A stretch of 22,949 bases of DNA from a bacterium (GTDB taxonomy: Bacteria > DUMJ01): positions 1 to 22,949 of the forward strand of contig JBMFMV010000025.1 of assembly GCA_049970495.1 (NCBI GenBank), in the 5' to 3' direction. Of the stretch, positions 10,063-22,949 are shown one piece after another; position 1 is the stretch's first letter; each line of letters opens with the position of its first letter. Both the position numbers and the translations under genes were made by a program. The notes beneath the pieces were generated by a model. The model had not been told where the DNA came from. It ran no database searches and worked only from the letters and a program-made list of their open reading frames with translations.

Positions 10063-11926
10063 TCGTAGAGAACAGAGAGGGGTAACAGTTCCAGCTTTTA
10101 GGGGTCCTGGAGTTAGGGGACCTGGTTTTGGTCCTCCTAGAGGTCATCTTATTCATGGTGGCGTAAAGCCAGGAAATCCTAAAGAGACTTTAAAGAGGCT
10201 TTGGGAGTATCTCAAACCTCATAGGTTTAGACTTCTATTAATCTTTTTACTAGTAATTATTACCTCACTCTTAATGTTAGCTGGTCCTTATCTTATAGGT
10301 AAGGCTATTGATGACTATATAATTCCTAAGAATTTTAAAGGGCTTTTATACCTTGTAGTTTTTATGGCATGTCTATATGTGGTGAACTCGCTCCTTGTAT
10401 GGTTACAAGGGTATATCAGCGTGAATACTGTTCAGCGTATAGTCTTTAGTTTACGAAGAGACCTATTTAATAAATTACAGAGTTTACCACTACGTTTCTT
10501 CGATAACACCCCTCATGGAGACGTAATGAGTAGACTGACTAACGATATAGATACCATAAATATGTCATTAGGAATGAGTTTAACTCAGATGTTTTCTAGT
10601 ATTGTCTCTATCATAGGTACAATTGTTATAATGCTTAGGATGAGCCCTATCCTTACACTTGTAAGTATGATAGCGATACCATTGACTCTTCTTATTACTA
10701 CTTTGATCTCATCACGCACTAGAGAAAGTTTTCTAAACAATCAGACAATACTAGGACAGCTTAACAGTATAGCTGAGGAAAATATAAATGGACTTAAGGT
10801 TGTAAAGATCTTTGCTAGAGAAAAGAAGGAAATAGAGAAGTTCGAAGCAGTAAATGAAGAGCTAAGAAAAGTTGGTATTAGAGCTCAGATATTTGCCGGA
10901 GTTATGGGTCCACTTATGAATGTTGTAAACAACTTAAGCTTTGCAATCATTGCAGGCTTTGGAGGTTGGTTTGCTGTTAAGTCGATAGTAAGTGTAGGAA
11001 CGGTAGCTAGTTTTATAATCTATTCTAGACAGTTTACTCGTCCTATAAACGAACTAGCAAATCTATTTAATATGGTACAGTCCGCTATAGCTAGTGCTGA
11101 AAGGGTATTCAAGGTTATAGATGAACCACCAGAACCAATAGACCCTCCTGATGCAGTAGAGCTAAAGGATGTTAAAGGCGAGGTTGAGTTTAAGAATGTT
11201 TACTTCTCCTATAAAGAAGGTATACCAGTACTAAAGGATATAAACTTTCATGTAAAACCTGGACAGACTATTGCCTTAGTTGGGCCAACAGGCGCGGGTA
11301 AAACTACAATAGTTAACCTATTAACTAGGTTCTATGATATAGATAATGGAGCTATCCTGATAGATGGTGTAGATATAAGAAAGATAAAAAGGAGTTGCCT
11401 CCGTTCTCTGTTAGGAATAGTTTTGCAAGATACGTATCTCTTCTCTGAGTCTATAAAAGAGAATATAAGGTATGGTCGTTTAGATGCTACAGACCAAGAG
11501 GTAATAGAGGCGGCAAGGCTTGCTAACGCAGAACACTTTATTCTGAGACTTCCAAAGGGGTACGATACTGTGCTAACTGATGGTGGTGAGAACTTAAGCC
11601 AGGGACAGAGACAGTTACTTGCCATAGCTAGAGCTATCCTGGCAGATCCAGCTATACTAATACTTGATGAAGCTACAAGTAATGTTGATACAAAGACCGA
11701 AAAGCAGATACAATCTGCTATGTTAAACCTGATGAAGGGGCGTACCAGTTTTGTTATCGCCCATCGTCTTAGCACTATCCGTAATGCCGATATGATACTG
11801 GTGATAAATAATGGGGAAATAGTTGAGAGAGGTACTCATGAGGAACTACTTAGAAAGAGAGGATTCTACTACAACCTGTATATGAGTCAGTTTGGTATAG
11901 AGGAGAAGGTCAAAGAGGTGGTTTGA
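10055..11926 (+). CDS. Heterodimeric ABC exporter subunit B (TM288-like)
   Basis: TMD plus [11 protein letters not shown]; variant signature [20 protein letters not shown]; overlaps subunit A by 8 nt. Confidence 0.93.
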   Translation: MPNRREQRGVTVPAFRGPGVRGPGFGPPRGHLIHGGVKPGNPKETLKRLWEYLKPHRFRLLLIFLLVIITSLLMLAGPYLIGKAIDDYIIPKNFKGLLYLVVFMACLYVVNSLLVWLQGYISVNTVQRIVFSLRRDLFNKLQSLPLRFFDNTPHGDVMSRLTNDIDTINMSLGMSLTQMFSSIVSIIGTIVIMLRMSPILTLVSMIAIPLTLLITTLISSRTRESFLNNQTILGQLNSIAEENINGLKVVKIFAREKKEIEKFEAVNEELRKVGIRAQIFAGVMGPLMNVVNNLSFAIIAGFGGWFAVKSIVSVGTVASFIIYSRQFTRPINELANLFNMVQSAIASAERVFKVIDEPPEPIDPPDAVELKDVKGEVEFKNVYFSYKEGIPVLKDINFHVKPGQTIALVGPTGAGKTTIVNLLTRFYDIDNGAILIDGVDIRKIKRSCLRSLLGIVLQDTYLFSESIKENIRYGRLDATDQEVIEAARLANAEHFILRLPKGYDTVLTDGGENLSQGQRQLLAIARAILADPAILILDEATSNVDTKTEKQIQSAMLNLMKGRTSFVIAHRLSTIRNADMILVINNGEIVERGTHEELLRKRGFYYNLYMSQFGIEEKVKEVV

Positions 11927-12545
11927 CAACACCCTTTAACCTTTGTAAGATATCTTTTATCTCTTCCACCTTTATATGTAAGCTAGCTCTGTTGGCAATA
12001 AGTCTGGCTGAAGAGGTAGTTATCTCTTCCCAGACCTTTAAATTATTCTCTCTTAGTGTCCTTCCTGTAGATACTATATCTACTATTACATCTGCTATCC
12101 CTGTAACTGGGGCAAGCTCTATAGAACCACTTAGATTTAATATCTCTATGGATATTCCCTTCTTGTTAAAAAATTCTCTAGCTATCTTTGGATATTTGGT
12201 GGCTACTCTTATGATATCACCCTTAAAGAATAAGTCTTCTGGCTTGGCATCATTTGGTATAGCTACAACTATTTTACATCTTCCTATGCCTAAATCATAA
12301 AGCTCATAGACTTGAGGACTTTCTTCTAGGAGAACATCTTTTCCTACCACCCCAATATCTGCTGTTCCATACTCTACATATATAGGCACATCTTTAGGTT
12401 TACATACAAGAAATTTTAAATTTTCACTCGTTCCTGAGAGTCTTCTACTCTCTAGAACTTCCTTTGGAAAACATATACCAGAGGTTTCAAATAATTTAAC
12501 GCAGTCTTCCATTAATCTTCCAGAAGGGATGGCTATGGCTAGCAT
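11910..12545 (-). CDS. hisG: ATP phosphoribosyltransferase, short form
   Basis: [54 protein letters not shown]; 211 aa with no C-terminal regulatory domain. Confidence 0.96.
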   Translation of the reverse strand: MLAIAIPSGRLMEDCVKLFETSGICFPKEVLESRRLSGTSENLKFLVCKPKDVPIYVEYGTADIGVVGKDVLLEESPQVYELYDLGIGRCKIVVAIPNDAKPEDLFFKGDIIRVATKYPKIAREFFNKKGISIEILNLSGSIELAPVTGIADVIVDIVSTGRTLRENNLKVWEEITTSSARLIANRASLHIKVEEIKDILQRLKGVVKPPL

Positions 12546-13648
12546 AAGAATATCTTATTCCTCCCTTTTCTACTAGACAACATACCTTCATTCAGACAGA
12601 GAACTGTCTCGACTCTAAGCCCTTCATTCCTCTTTTCTTTGGCTAGTTTCATGGCCTCTCTAAACCTCCCTTGGGTATAGCCTATAACCAAGTCAGGTTC
12701 AGTTTTCTCTTTTACAATTCTAGAGGCAACTCGCTCTATCCCTATAGCAAATCCAGTTGCAGGTAGAGACACACCAAACCTCTCTAATAGACCATCATAT
12801 CTCCCCCCTCCTACAACTGGTAATCCCAAGCCTTCTATATATCCCTCGAATGTAATACCTGTATAATACTCAAAATCCCTTATAACACCGAGATTTACTT
12901 TTGTCCTTTTATAGCCAAGATCTTCTATGTCAGATATAAAGAGAGAAAGTTGATCTAGCGGTTCTTCTAACCCAGGTATATACCCCACGTACCTATAGGC
13001 TTCCTCTATTATCTCTTTTCCTCCGCTTAAGAAAGGAAGATCTTCTAGAAAAGATAGGATGTTTTTATCCTCTACGTAGGACTTTATACTTACAAAGTCT
13101 CCATTCTTTATAGATTCTAAGATAGATGCATTTGTAATTTCAATAATCGCTGGTATAATCTTGGCATGGCTTACCTCTATATGAACAATTAGCCCCAATT
13201 TCTCAAATATCTCTTCTATTAAAGAAATAATCTCTATATCTCCGGATAGAGAAGGTTCTCCTATTAATTCTGCTCCTCCCTGTGTAAATTCCTTCTGCAT
13301 AAGAGGTTGAAACGGTATATTCCTAAATACCTTCCCTATATAGTAAAACCTAAAAGGACTATCCGTAATTTTATATCTAGTAGTAACTAGTCTTGCTATA
13401 GAAGTCGTAAACTCCGGTCTAATAGATAGCAAAGCTCCATCTCTATCTATCACTTTGTATAAAAGTGTATCGTCCTTGGTATTTGTCCCTAATAGAATAA
13501 CATCAGCATACTCTAATGTTGAAGTCATTACTTCTCTGTATCCAAAGGACTCAGAGACTTTCCTTATAGTATCTTCTACCAGTCTTATTTTCTCTACCTC
13601 TTCAGGGAGGTAATCTCTAAATCCTGGTGGAGGAGTGAGATATCTCAT
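12539..13648 (-). CDS. hisZ: ATP phosphoribosyltransferase regulatory subunit (HisRS paralog)
   Basis: PPGFRDYLP, RPEFTTSIAR, YIGKVFR, EFTQGGAELIG, YYTGITF, GGGRYDGLL; adjacent to the short hisG. Confidence 0.93.
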   Translation of the reverse strand: MRYLTPPPGFRDYLPEEVEKIRLVEDTIRKVSESFGYREVMTSTLEYADVILLGTNTKDDTLLYKVIDRDGALLSIRPEFTTSIARLVTTRYKITDSPFRFYYIGKVFRNIPFQPLMQKEFTQGGAELIGEPSLSGDIEIISLIEEIFEKLGLIVHIEVSHAKIIPAIIEITNASILESIKNGDFVSIKSYVEDKNILSFLEDLPFLSGGKEIIEEAYRYVGYIPGLEEPLDQLSLFISDIEDLGYKRTKVNLGVIRDFEYYTGITFEGYIEGLGLPVVGGGRYDGLLERFGVSLPATGFAIGIERVASRIVKEKTEPDLVIGYTQGRFREAMKLAKEKRNEGLRVETVLCLNEGMLSSRKGRNKIFLC

Positions 13649-15447
13649 CTATATGCCTCAAAATACATGAATTCCATAAATTTCTCTTGAAAATCTTTCC
13701 TCGATGAGAGTTCTATATAACGGACTTCCTTAGAAACTTTCTCTGCTATGTCTCTTACATCTTTATCTATAAGGGCAAGTTTTGCCCCTTCTCCTGCAGC
13801 ATTCCCAACTGAGTATACCCTGCTTACAGGAAGAGGCGGAAGTAGCCCTATTTTTATTGCACTCTCCGGGTTCAAGTATGTCCCAAAAGCCCCTGCTAGA
13901 TATACGGTATCTATATCTGAATAGTCTTTCCCAGCCTCTTCTAAAAGTATTTCTATACCCGCTCTAATTGCACTCTTTGCTAGTTGAAGCTCCCTTACAT
14001 CTCTCTGATTTATAGGGATTTCTCCTCCATTAGCTTTTAAAACAAATTCTAATCCATTACTACCCTTACGTACTAGGTCTTTGGCAAGTTCTCCTTCAGG
14101 GTAGATAATCCTTCCTGTCTCGTCTAGGATTCCTAGCTCTATCATAACGGCAACTGCATCTAAAAGACCTGATCCACATATGCCTATAGGAGGGACATCA
14201 TCTATCACATGGACATTTATTCTCCCATCATCTATGATGACATGATCAATAGCTCCTCTTGCCCCTCTCATCCCATAGGTGATATTAGCTCCTTCAAATG
14301 CTGGTCCAGCCGCTGTAGAACAGGCAAAGAGATTTTCTCCAACCTTTAAAACCATTTCACCATTAGTCCCTATATCTAAAGCAAGTTTAACCCCGTCATT
14401 CTTATAGAGTCCGGTAGCTAGAATTACCCCAACCGTATCTGCTCCAATATAACTTGAAATATTTGGTAGGATATAACATTTACCTCTTGGATTTATATCT
14501 ATTCCTATTTGAGAAGCATTAATTAGTAGGGGTCTAGTGAAAACAGGGATATATGGTGAAACCGCTATGTAATTCGGAGGAACTCCCAGAAATAGATGTA
14601 TCATAGTAGTATTACCAACAACTGTAGCTTCGTAGATATCGGTAGGATCTATCCTTTGTCTTTTACATAGTTCTTCTATTAGCGAGTTAATCTCATCTAC
14701 AACTAAACCTTTTAATTCTTCTAACCCACCTTTAACTGCGTAATCTATTCTAGATATAACATCTGCTCCCCTCTTGGCTTGAGGATTTAATGCAGATGCT
14801 ACATCTATCTCCCCCTTTGTTAGATCTAGTAGATATACAACTATAGTTGTAGTACCTATATCTACCGCTATTCCGTAGACCGCTCTATCGCTTTCTTTTC
14901 TTACCTCTAGGAGGGTATCTCCATAGAGCACAACCTCTAGATTAAACTCATTTTCTCTAAGGATTATTGGGATGTCTTTCAAAATGTTTATATCAGATAT
15001 CGTTAATTTTCTGCCGATCTCATCTTCTATTCTCTCTATATCGGCTCTCTGGTCTTCTAGTGTTGGAGTTAATAGTTTTAGTTTGAGGGTCTTTATTGCT
15101 GGATTTATTTTAGCTTTTTCTATAGTCTTACCACTTGTAAGTATCTGGTGGGTATATACCCTTGTTTGTGGAGGTATCTCTACATTGGCATCCCCTTTTA
15201 TTACTGTCTGACATGCTAGTCTATATCCTTCTCTAATCATCTCATCAGGAATGAGATTTTCCTCATTAGAGTTTATTTCTGATAAATTTCCTCTTGCCTT
15301 TACAATACATTGCCCACACCAACCTGCCCCACCACATAGGGTCTCTAGTTTTATCCCAAGCCTTTCTAATGCTTCTAGTAAAGTAATATCTTTTTCTACC
15401 ATTCCTTCTATACCATCTGGGTATATCCTTAATCTACTCTTTTCCAT
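13645..15447 (-). CDS. ASKHA-type ATPase with N-terminal 2Fe-2S domain; reductive activator of corrinoid proteins (RACo/DUF4445 family)
   Basis: CGGAGWCGQC...RLACQ; AVDIGTTT, GADVISRI, DIGTNGE, CSTAAGPAFEG, GICGSG, QLAKSAIRAG, LAGAFG and VGNAAGEGA motifs. Confidence 0.92.
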   Translation of the reverse strand: MEKSRLRIYPDGIEGMVEKDITLLEALERLGIKLETLCGGAGWCGQCIVKARGNLSEINSNEENLIPDEMIREGYRLACQTVIKGDANVEIPPQTRVYTHQILTSGKTIEKAKINPAIKTLKLKLLTPTLEDQRADIERIEDEIGRKLTISDINILKDIPIILRENEFNLEVVLYGDTLLEVRKESDRAVYGIAVDIGTTTIVVYLLDLTKGEIDVASALNPQAKRGADVISRIDYAVKGGLEELKGLVVDEINSLIEELCKRQRIDPTDIYEATVVGNTTMIHLFLGVPPNYIAVSPYIPVFTRPLLINASQIGIDINPRGKCYILPNISSYIGADTVGVILATGLYKNDGVKLALDIGTNGEMVLKVGENLFACSTAAGPAFEGANITYGMRGARGAIDHVIIDDGRINVHVIDDVPPIGICGSGLLDAVAVMIELGILDETGRIIYPEGELAKDLVRKGSNGLEFVLKANGGEIPINQRDVRELQLAKSAIRAGIEILLEEAGKDYSDIDTVYLAGAFGTYLNPESAIKIGLLPPLPVSRVYSVGNAAGEGAKLALIDKDVRDIAEKVSKEVRYIELSSRKDFQEKFMEFMYFEAYR

Positions 15448-15485
15448 CTTTACATGCTCCTGAGTAAGAGATATTGTTCTTTGTA

Positions 15486-15537
15486 AATTATAACACCTAA
15501 AGGATAATCTGAAAATGCCTATAATGATGTTATAATT
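15486..15537. promoter_or_regulatory. Back-to-back extended -10 promoters (TGTTATAAT on each strand)
   Basis: AATTATAACA (15486-15495) and TGTTATAATT (15528-15537) form a 10-bp inverted repeat, each arm facing one of the divergent genes. Confidence 0.6.
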
Positions 15538-15572
15538 AGATTTAGTTAAAATAAATTGAGGGAGGGTTATTT

Positions 15573-17495
15573 ATGGATACTTTAAAAATTATCAAGCTTA
15601 GAGATACTGAGACAATTAATTTTGCAGCTAAAGAACTAAAGAGTTATATAGAAAAGATAGACAGTGAAAGGAACGTTATTATAGAAACTGGTAGTAGTTA
15701 TGAACCTAGCTTAGAAGGTGCCATATATCTAGGTACTCTTGAAGAGTTTAATTTAAGAATTCCTGAAGTTAAAGATGCCAAACTTGATGATGGAATATAC
15801 ATAGATTTTCACTCTAATGGGGGAGTGATTGCTGGAACAAATGAGAGGAGTGTCTTATTGGGTGTTTATAGATTTCTAAGAGAGATTGGTTGTAGGTGGT
15901 TTCGCCCGGGAAAAGATGGAGAAGTAATCCCTCAGAAGAATATCTTTTCAGTTGATATTAGTGTTATGGAGAAAGCCTCCTATAGACATAGAGGGATATG
16001 TATAGAAGGGGCGGTAAGTTATGAGAATGTCTATGACATTATAGATTGGGCTCCAAAGGTTGGTTTTAATAGTTACTTTATACAGTTTAGAGAAGGTTTT
16101 ACTTTCTTTGACAGATGGTATTCTCATATAAATAATCCTCTAAAAGAGAAGGAACCCTTTACAGTAGAAAAGGCAAGAGAGTTTGTTGGAAATCTGGCTA
16201 AGGAAATAAAGAAAAGGGGTCTTCTCTACCATGCAGTTGGTCATGGATGGACATGTGAGCCCTTTGGCATCCCAGGACTTGGCTGGGACCTATATGAAGG
16301 AGAAATACCAGAAGATTATATTAAATATACAGCAGAGATAAATGGTAAAAGAGGTCTTTGGGAAGGAATACCATTGAATACAAATCTCTGCTACTCTAAT
16401 CCAGAAGTAAGAAATATAATAACCGATAGTATAGTAGAGTATTTAAAAAATCATCCAGAGATAGATTTACTACACTTTTGGCTGGCAGATGGATCTAATA
16501 ATCAGTGTGAGTGTGAAGAGTGTCGAAAGATGCTACCTTCTGACTTTTATGTGATGATGTTAAACGAATTAGATAAAAAGCTTTCGTCTAAAGGGATAGA
16601 TACAAAGATAGTCTTTCTACTGTATGTAGACCTACTCTGGCCACCAGAAAAGGAGCGTATAGAGAATCCTGATAGATTTATTATGATGTTTGCCCCGATC
16701 ACCAGGTCTTATAATGATACGTTTAAACCTATAGATACCTCCTTAAATATTCCTGAATATAAGCGGAATAAACTCATCTTCCCAAAAAATATAGAAGAGA
16801 ACTTGGCTTTTTTAAGCGCGTGGCAGAAGATATTTAGAGGTGATAGCTTTGATTTTGATTACCATCTAATGTGGGCTCATTACGCCGATCCTGGTTACAT
16901 GAAGATTGCAAAGGTTATATATGAGGATATTAAAAACCTAAAGACTGTTGGGCTAAATGGACTGATTAGTTGCCAGATTCAAAGAGCATTTTTCCCGACA
17001 GGCTTTCCTATGTATGTAATGGCCTCTACCCTCTGGAATGATAATATTAGCTTTGAAGACTTAATTAGTGACTACTTTACAAGTGCTTACGGTTCTGATG
17101 GTGTTATAGTAAGAAACTATCTGAGTAAGTTGTCTTCACTCTTTGAACCATTATCTTTTATAAGAGAACGTCCTTCCTCCCCTAGTTTCTTAGAAGACCT
17201 AATTAAGGTAAAAGATATACTCAATGATATTGAGCCTACTATCAAGAAAAATCTATCTCTAAAGTCCGAGGCTTTATCTAAATCATGGTTATACCTAGAT
17301 TATCATAGGAATATAGTGGATAAATTATCAGTGATATTAAAAGATCTTCTCAGAGGTGATAGAGATTCGGCGATAAAAGTTTGGGAAGAGCTTAAACTTA
17401 TGCTTCAGAAGGAGGAGGACGTCCTGCAACCCGTATTCGACCTGTTTGAGTTTATTAGCGTCTTTGAAAGAATTCTAAATTTAGCTAGTAGTTAG
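15573..17495 (+). CDS. DUF4838-like protein, putative cytoplasmic glycoside hydrolase
   Basis: N-terminal GH20/GH67-like beta domain (FAAKELKSYI...DGIYI...IAGTNERSVLLGVYRFL...GCRW); YRHRGICIEG, GHGW, LCYSNP, WLADG..N.CECEEC; no signal peptide; GGAGG RBS. Confidence 0.72.
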   Translation: MDTLKIIKLRDTETINFAAKELKSYIEKIDSERNVIIETGSSYEPSLEGAIYLGTLEEFNLRIPEVKDAKLDDGIYIDFHSNGGVIAGTNERSVLLGVYRFLREIGCRWFRPGKDGEVIPQKNIFSVDISVMEKASYRHRGICIEGAVSYENVYDIIDWAPKVGFNSYFIQFREGFTFFDRWYSHINNPLKEKEPFTVEKAREFVGNLAKEIKKRGLLYHAVGHGWTCEPFGIPGLGWDLYEGEIPEDYIKYTAEINGKRGLWEGIPLNTNLCYSNPEVRNIITDSIVEYLKNHPEIDLLHFWLADGSNNQCECEECRKMLPSDFYVMMLNELDKKLSSKGIDTKIVFLLYVDLLWPPEKERIENPDRFIMMFAPITRSYNDTFKPIDTSLNIPEYKRNKLIFPKNIEENLAFLSAWQKIFRGDSFDFDYHLMWAHYADPGYMKIAKVIYEDIKNLKTVGLNGLISCQIQRAFFPTGFPMYVMASTLWNDNISFEDLISDYFTSAYGSDGVIVRNYLSKLSSLFEPLSFIRERPSSPSFLEDLIKVKDILNDIEPTIKKNLSLKSEALSKSWLYLDYHRNIVDKLSVILKDLLRGDRDSAIKVWEELKLMLQKEEDVLQPVFDLFEFISVFERILNLASS

Positions 17496-18245
17496 ACCCC
17501 AGCTTAGCATATTCTCTAGACTGATTTTAATTGCATCCCATATGGGGTAGAGAGGGCATTGGTCTAGTTCTACCATAGCATAGATCACTCCAGCACTTTC
17601 ACATGCCTTTACTATAGCCTGCCAATTAAGATTTCCTTCTCCAATTGGCTGCATTATCTGTGTATTATCCTTTATCCCCATATCTTTGAAGTGACATATA
17701 GGCATATTATTAGCAAACCTTTCTATCCAGTATGCTGGGTCTCCACCACCATACTGTACCCAGTATGTATCTATCTCCATACCTAATAGTCCTGGTTTAG
17801 TACTCTCAAATAGTATCTCAAGTCCAAGTTTTCTGTCGTATTTCTGAAATTCTATACCATGATTGTGGTAGAGTAATGTTAGTCCTTCCTTTTTCATGAT
17901 TTCTGCAGCCCTACTCAGTTCCTCTCCAGCCTTTTTATATCCTTCTGGATTATGGAGTTCCCTAGGTAATATTGGACATACTATATAGGGTGCTCCAAGA
18001 ATTTTATGCTCTTCTATTACCTTTTCTGTCTCATTCACAATCCTTTGATACGCTGTGTGGGTTGTAGGTGCCTTTAGTTCCAAATCATCTAGGATTTTTT
18101 TTAATTCTTTAGGATCTATAGGACCTATGCCTGAGACTTGAACAAACTGATACCCTATTTCACGAACCTTTTTTAGGGTATTAGCTATATCCTCTGGAGT
18201 CTTACAGAATTCCCTTAATGTATAGAGTTGAAGTCCTGCTATCAC
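17481..18245 (-). CDS. Sugar phosphate isomerase/epimerase (xylose isomerase-like TIM barrel, IolE/MocC-like)
   Basis: GLQLYTLRE, YHNHGIEF, EIDTYW, HFKD, IGEGNLNW and VELD motifs; GTG start with GGAGG RBS. Confidence 0.9.
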   Translation of the reverse strand: MIAGLQLYTLREFCKTPEDIANTLKKVREIGYQFVQVSGIGPIDPKELKKILDDLELKAPTTHTAYQRIVNETEKVIEEHKILGAPYIVCPILPRELHNPEGYKKAGEELSRAAEIMKKEGLTLLYHNHGIEFQKYDRKLGLEILFESTKPGLLGMEIDTYWVQYGGGDPAYWIERFANNMPICHFKDMGIKDNTQIMQPIGEGNLNWQAIVKACESAGVIYAMVELDQCPLYPIWDAIKISLENMLSWGLTTS

Positions 18246-18286
18246 CTTTATAATACCTCCTTACAAGATTATTATTAACTGCCTAG

Positions 18287-18338
18287 ATTATACATGAAAT
18301 AATAGGTATTGACAAGTATATGGGGATTGGAATATAAT
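18287..18338. promoter_or_regulatory. Bidirectional promoter with overlapping -35 boxes (isomerase gene and tRNA-Leu)
   Basis: Plus strand: TTGACA 18309-18314, 18 nt, TATAAT 18333-18338. Minus strand: TTGTCA 18315-18310, 17 nt, TATAAT 18292-18287. Confidence 0.7.
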
Positions 18339-18346
18339 AAAAACAC

Positions 18347-18432
18347 GCCGAGGTGGCGGAATTGGCAGACGCGTACGTTTGAGGGGCGTATGGGAGTTCC
18401 CCGTGAGGGTTCAAGCCCCTCCCTCGGCACCA
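18347..18432 (+). tRNA. tRNA-Leu(GAG)
   Basis: Acceptor stem GCCGAGG/CCTCGGC plus ACCA; anticodon arm TACGT-TTGAGGG-GCGTA; long variable arm; T arm GAGGG-TTCAAGC-CCCTC. Confidence 0.96.
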
Positions 18433-18433
18433 A

Positions 18434-18463
18434 TTGACAAAGTGATATAGATTTTGGTAAAAT
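18434..18463 (+). promoter_or_regulatory. Internal promoter for tRNA-Asp/tRNA-Phe and possibly downstream genes
   Basis: TTGACA 18434-18439, 18-nt spacer, extended -10 TGG-TAAAAT 18455-18463. Confidence 0.7.
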
Positions 18464-18477
18464 AAAATTAATAATAC

Positions 18478-18555
18478 GGGGCCGTGGTGTAGCTGGTTTA
18501 ACACACCTGCCTGTCACGCAGGAGATCGCGAGTTCGAATCTCGTCGGTCCCGCCA
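18478..18555 (+). tRNA. tRNA-Asp(GTC)
   Basis: Acceptor stem GGGGCCG/CGGTCCC plus GCCA; anticodon arm CCTGC-CTGTCAC-GCAGG; TTCGAAT T loop. Confidence 0.97.
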
Positions 18556-18565
18556 TTTTAAAAAA

Positions 18566-18641
18566 GCCGAGATAGCTCAGTTGGTAGAGCAGTGGACTGA
18601 AAATCCACGTGTCCCCAGTTCGAGTCTGGGTCTCGGCACCA
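18566..18641 (+). tRNA. tRNA-Phe(GAA)
   Basis: Acceptor stem GCCGAGA/TCTCGGC plus ACCA; anticodon arm GTGGA-CTGAAAA-TCCAC; 76 nt. Confidence 0.97.
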
Positions 18642-18671
18642 TTAATTTTTTGAACAAAAAAGAGGTGAATT

Positions 18672-19235
18672 TTGAGCCTAATAGGTATTACCAGTGATAT
18701 CCACGGTAGTAAAATAGCGTGGGATAAGGTTTTTTATTCTCTGTTAACTAAAGATGTTGATCTCTGGATAATATCAGGGGATATTTTGTACCATGGACCT
18801 AAAAATCCTATCCCTGAAGGATATTCTCCTAGAGAACTGGCTTCTGCAATAAATGAATATAAGAAACCTTTAATTATAGTTAAAGGTAATTGTGATAGTG
18901 AAGTAGATCAGACCTTAATTAAGGTTCCTTTTATCTCCCCTTATGGTGTCTTGTTTATAGACGGTTTGAAAATCCTTATATATCATGGAGATAAAAATCT
19001 AAATGATTGGATTTTTTCCCTAGATAATGAACATAGGTTTGATATTGTCATTTCTGGTCATACTCATGTTCCTCTTCTAGAAAAAAAAGAGGGGATAGTC
19101 TTCTTTAATCCTGGAAGCCCGAGTATTCCTTTGGGGGAAGCAAAGGAAAGGACCTTTGGTTTACTGGACACTACCAAGAGGTCAATAGAAATTTTAAACT
19201 TAGAAGGGAAAGTAATAGGCTCAATTATATTCTAG
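18672..19235 (+). CDS. yfcE: YfcE/MJ0936-family metallophosphodiesterase
   Basis: SDIHG, GDILYHGPKN, KGNCD, GHTHVP and NPGS motifs; TTG start with GAGGTG RBS. Confidence 0.88.
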   Translation: MSLIGITSDIHGSKIAWDKVFYSLLTKDVDLWIISGDILYHGPKNPIPEGYSPRELASAINEYKKPLIIVKGNCDSEVDQTLIKVPFISPYGVLFIDGLKILIYHGDKNLNDWIFSLDNEHRFDIVISGHTHVPLLEKKEGIVFFNPGSPSIPLGEAKERTFGLLDTTKRSIEILNLEGKVIGSIIF

Positions 19236-19270
19236 TCTTTAAAAATATAATCCACGAGGTGATTTGACAG

Positions 19271-22949
<3,679 letters not shown>

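Noticed and set aside
10099..10140. Imperfect 15-nt tandem repeat encoding [13 protein letters not shown]
   Set aside because: Gly/Pro-rich N-terminal tails are common in this ABC exporter subfamily.
8326..11926. Non-canonical ABC motifs (ILILDD, AQR, LSQGQ) as signs of pseudogenisation
   Set aside because: This is the known degenerate/consensus site asymmetry of TM287/288-type heterodimers.
18275..18556. Minus-strand ORFs of 93 and 73 aa
   Set aside because: They are antisense readings of the tRNA-Leu and tRNA-Asp genes (MAGPTRFELAISCVTGR is a typical tRNA shadow).
18347..18641. tRNA cluster as an integration site
   Set aside because: No integrase, duplicated tRNA 3' end or composition shift seen. 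CTCGGCACCA shared by Leu and Phe is just similar acceptor stems.
18646..18661. TTTTTTG-AA-CAAAAAA inverted repeat after tRNA-Phe
   Set aside because: Low-complexity A/T arms with a 2-nt loop; not a plausible terminator.

Overview
This is a compact, low-GC (about 35% by eye) chromosomal window from a probably anaerobic, thermophile-like bacterium (AGA/AGG-Arg and ATA-Ile usage, E/K/I-rich proteins). In order it holds: partial etfB(-); a B12-binding radical SAM gene(+); an HTH-WYL-WCX regulator(-) divergent from a small membrane protein(+); a UROD/MtaA-like enzyme(-); metY-metX-metW(+); marR plus a TM287/288-type heterodimeric ABC exporter(+); an ASKHA corrinoid activator-hisZ-hisG operon(-); a DUF4838-like protein(+); a sugar isomerase/epimerase(-); tRNA-Leu/Asp/Phe; a YfcE-like phosphodiesterase; rpoB; and the start of rpoC. 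I saw no CRISPR array, integrase or IS element, and most of the window is housekeeping. The best leads are: (1) a solitary WYL regulator and a small DKxxH membrane protein sharing a palindrome between divergent promoters; (2) an unusual RNA polymerase, with a His526-to-Asn equivalent in the rifampicin pocket, a cyanobacterial-length insert in RpoC and no upstream rplL; (3) a duplicated MarR operator; (4) a corrinoid activator translationally coupled to hisZ-hisG; (5) a -35 element shared by two opposite promoters. All family assignments come from motif recognition, not database searches.
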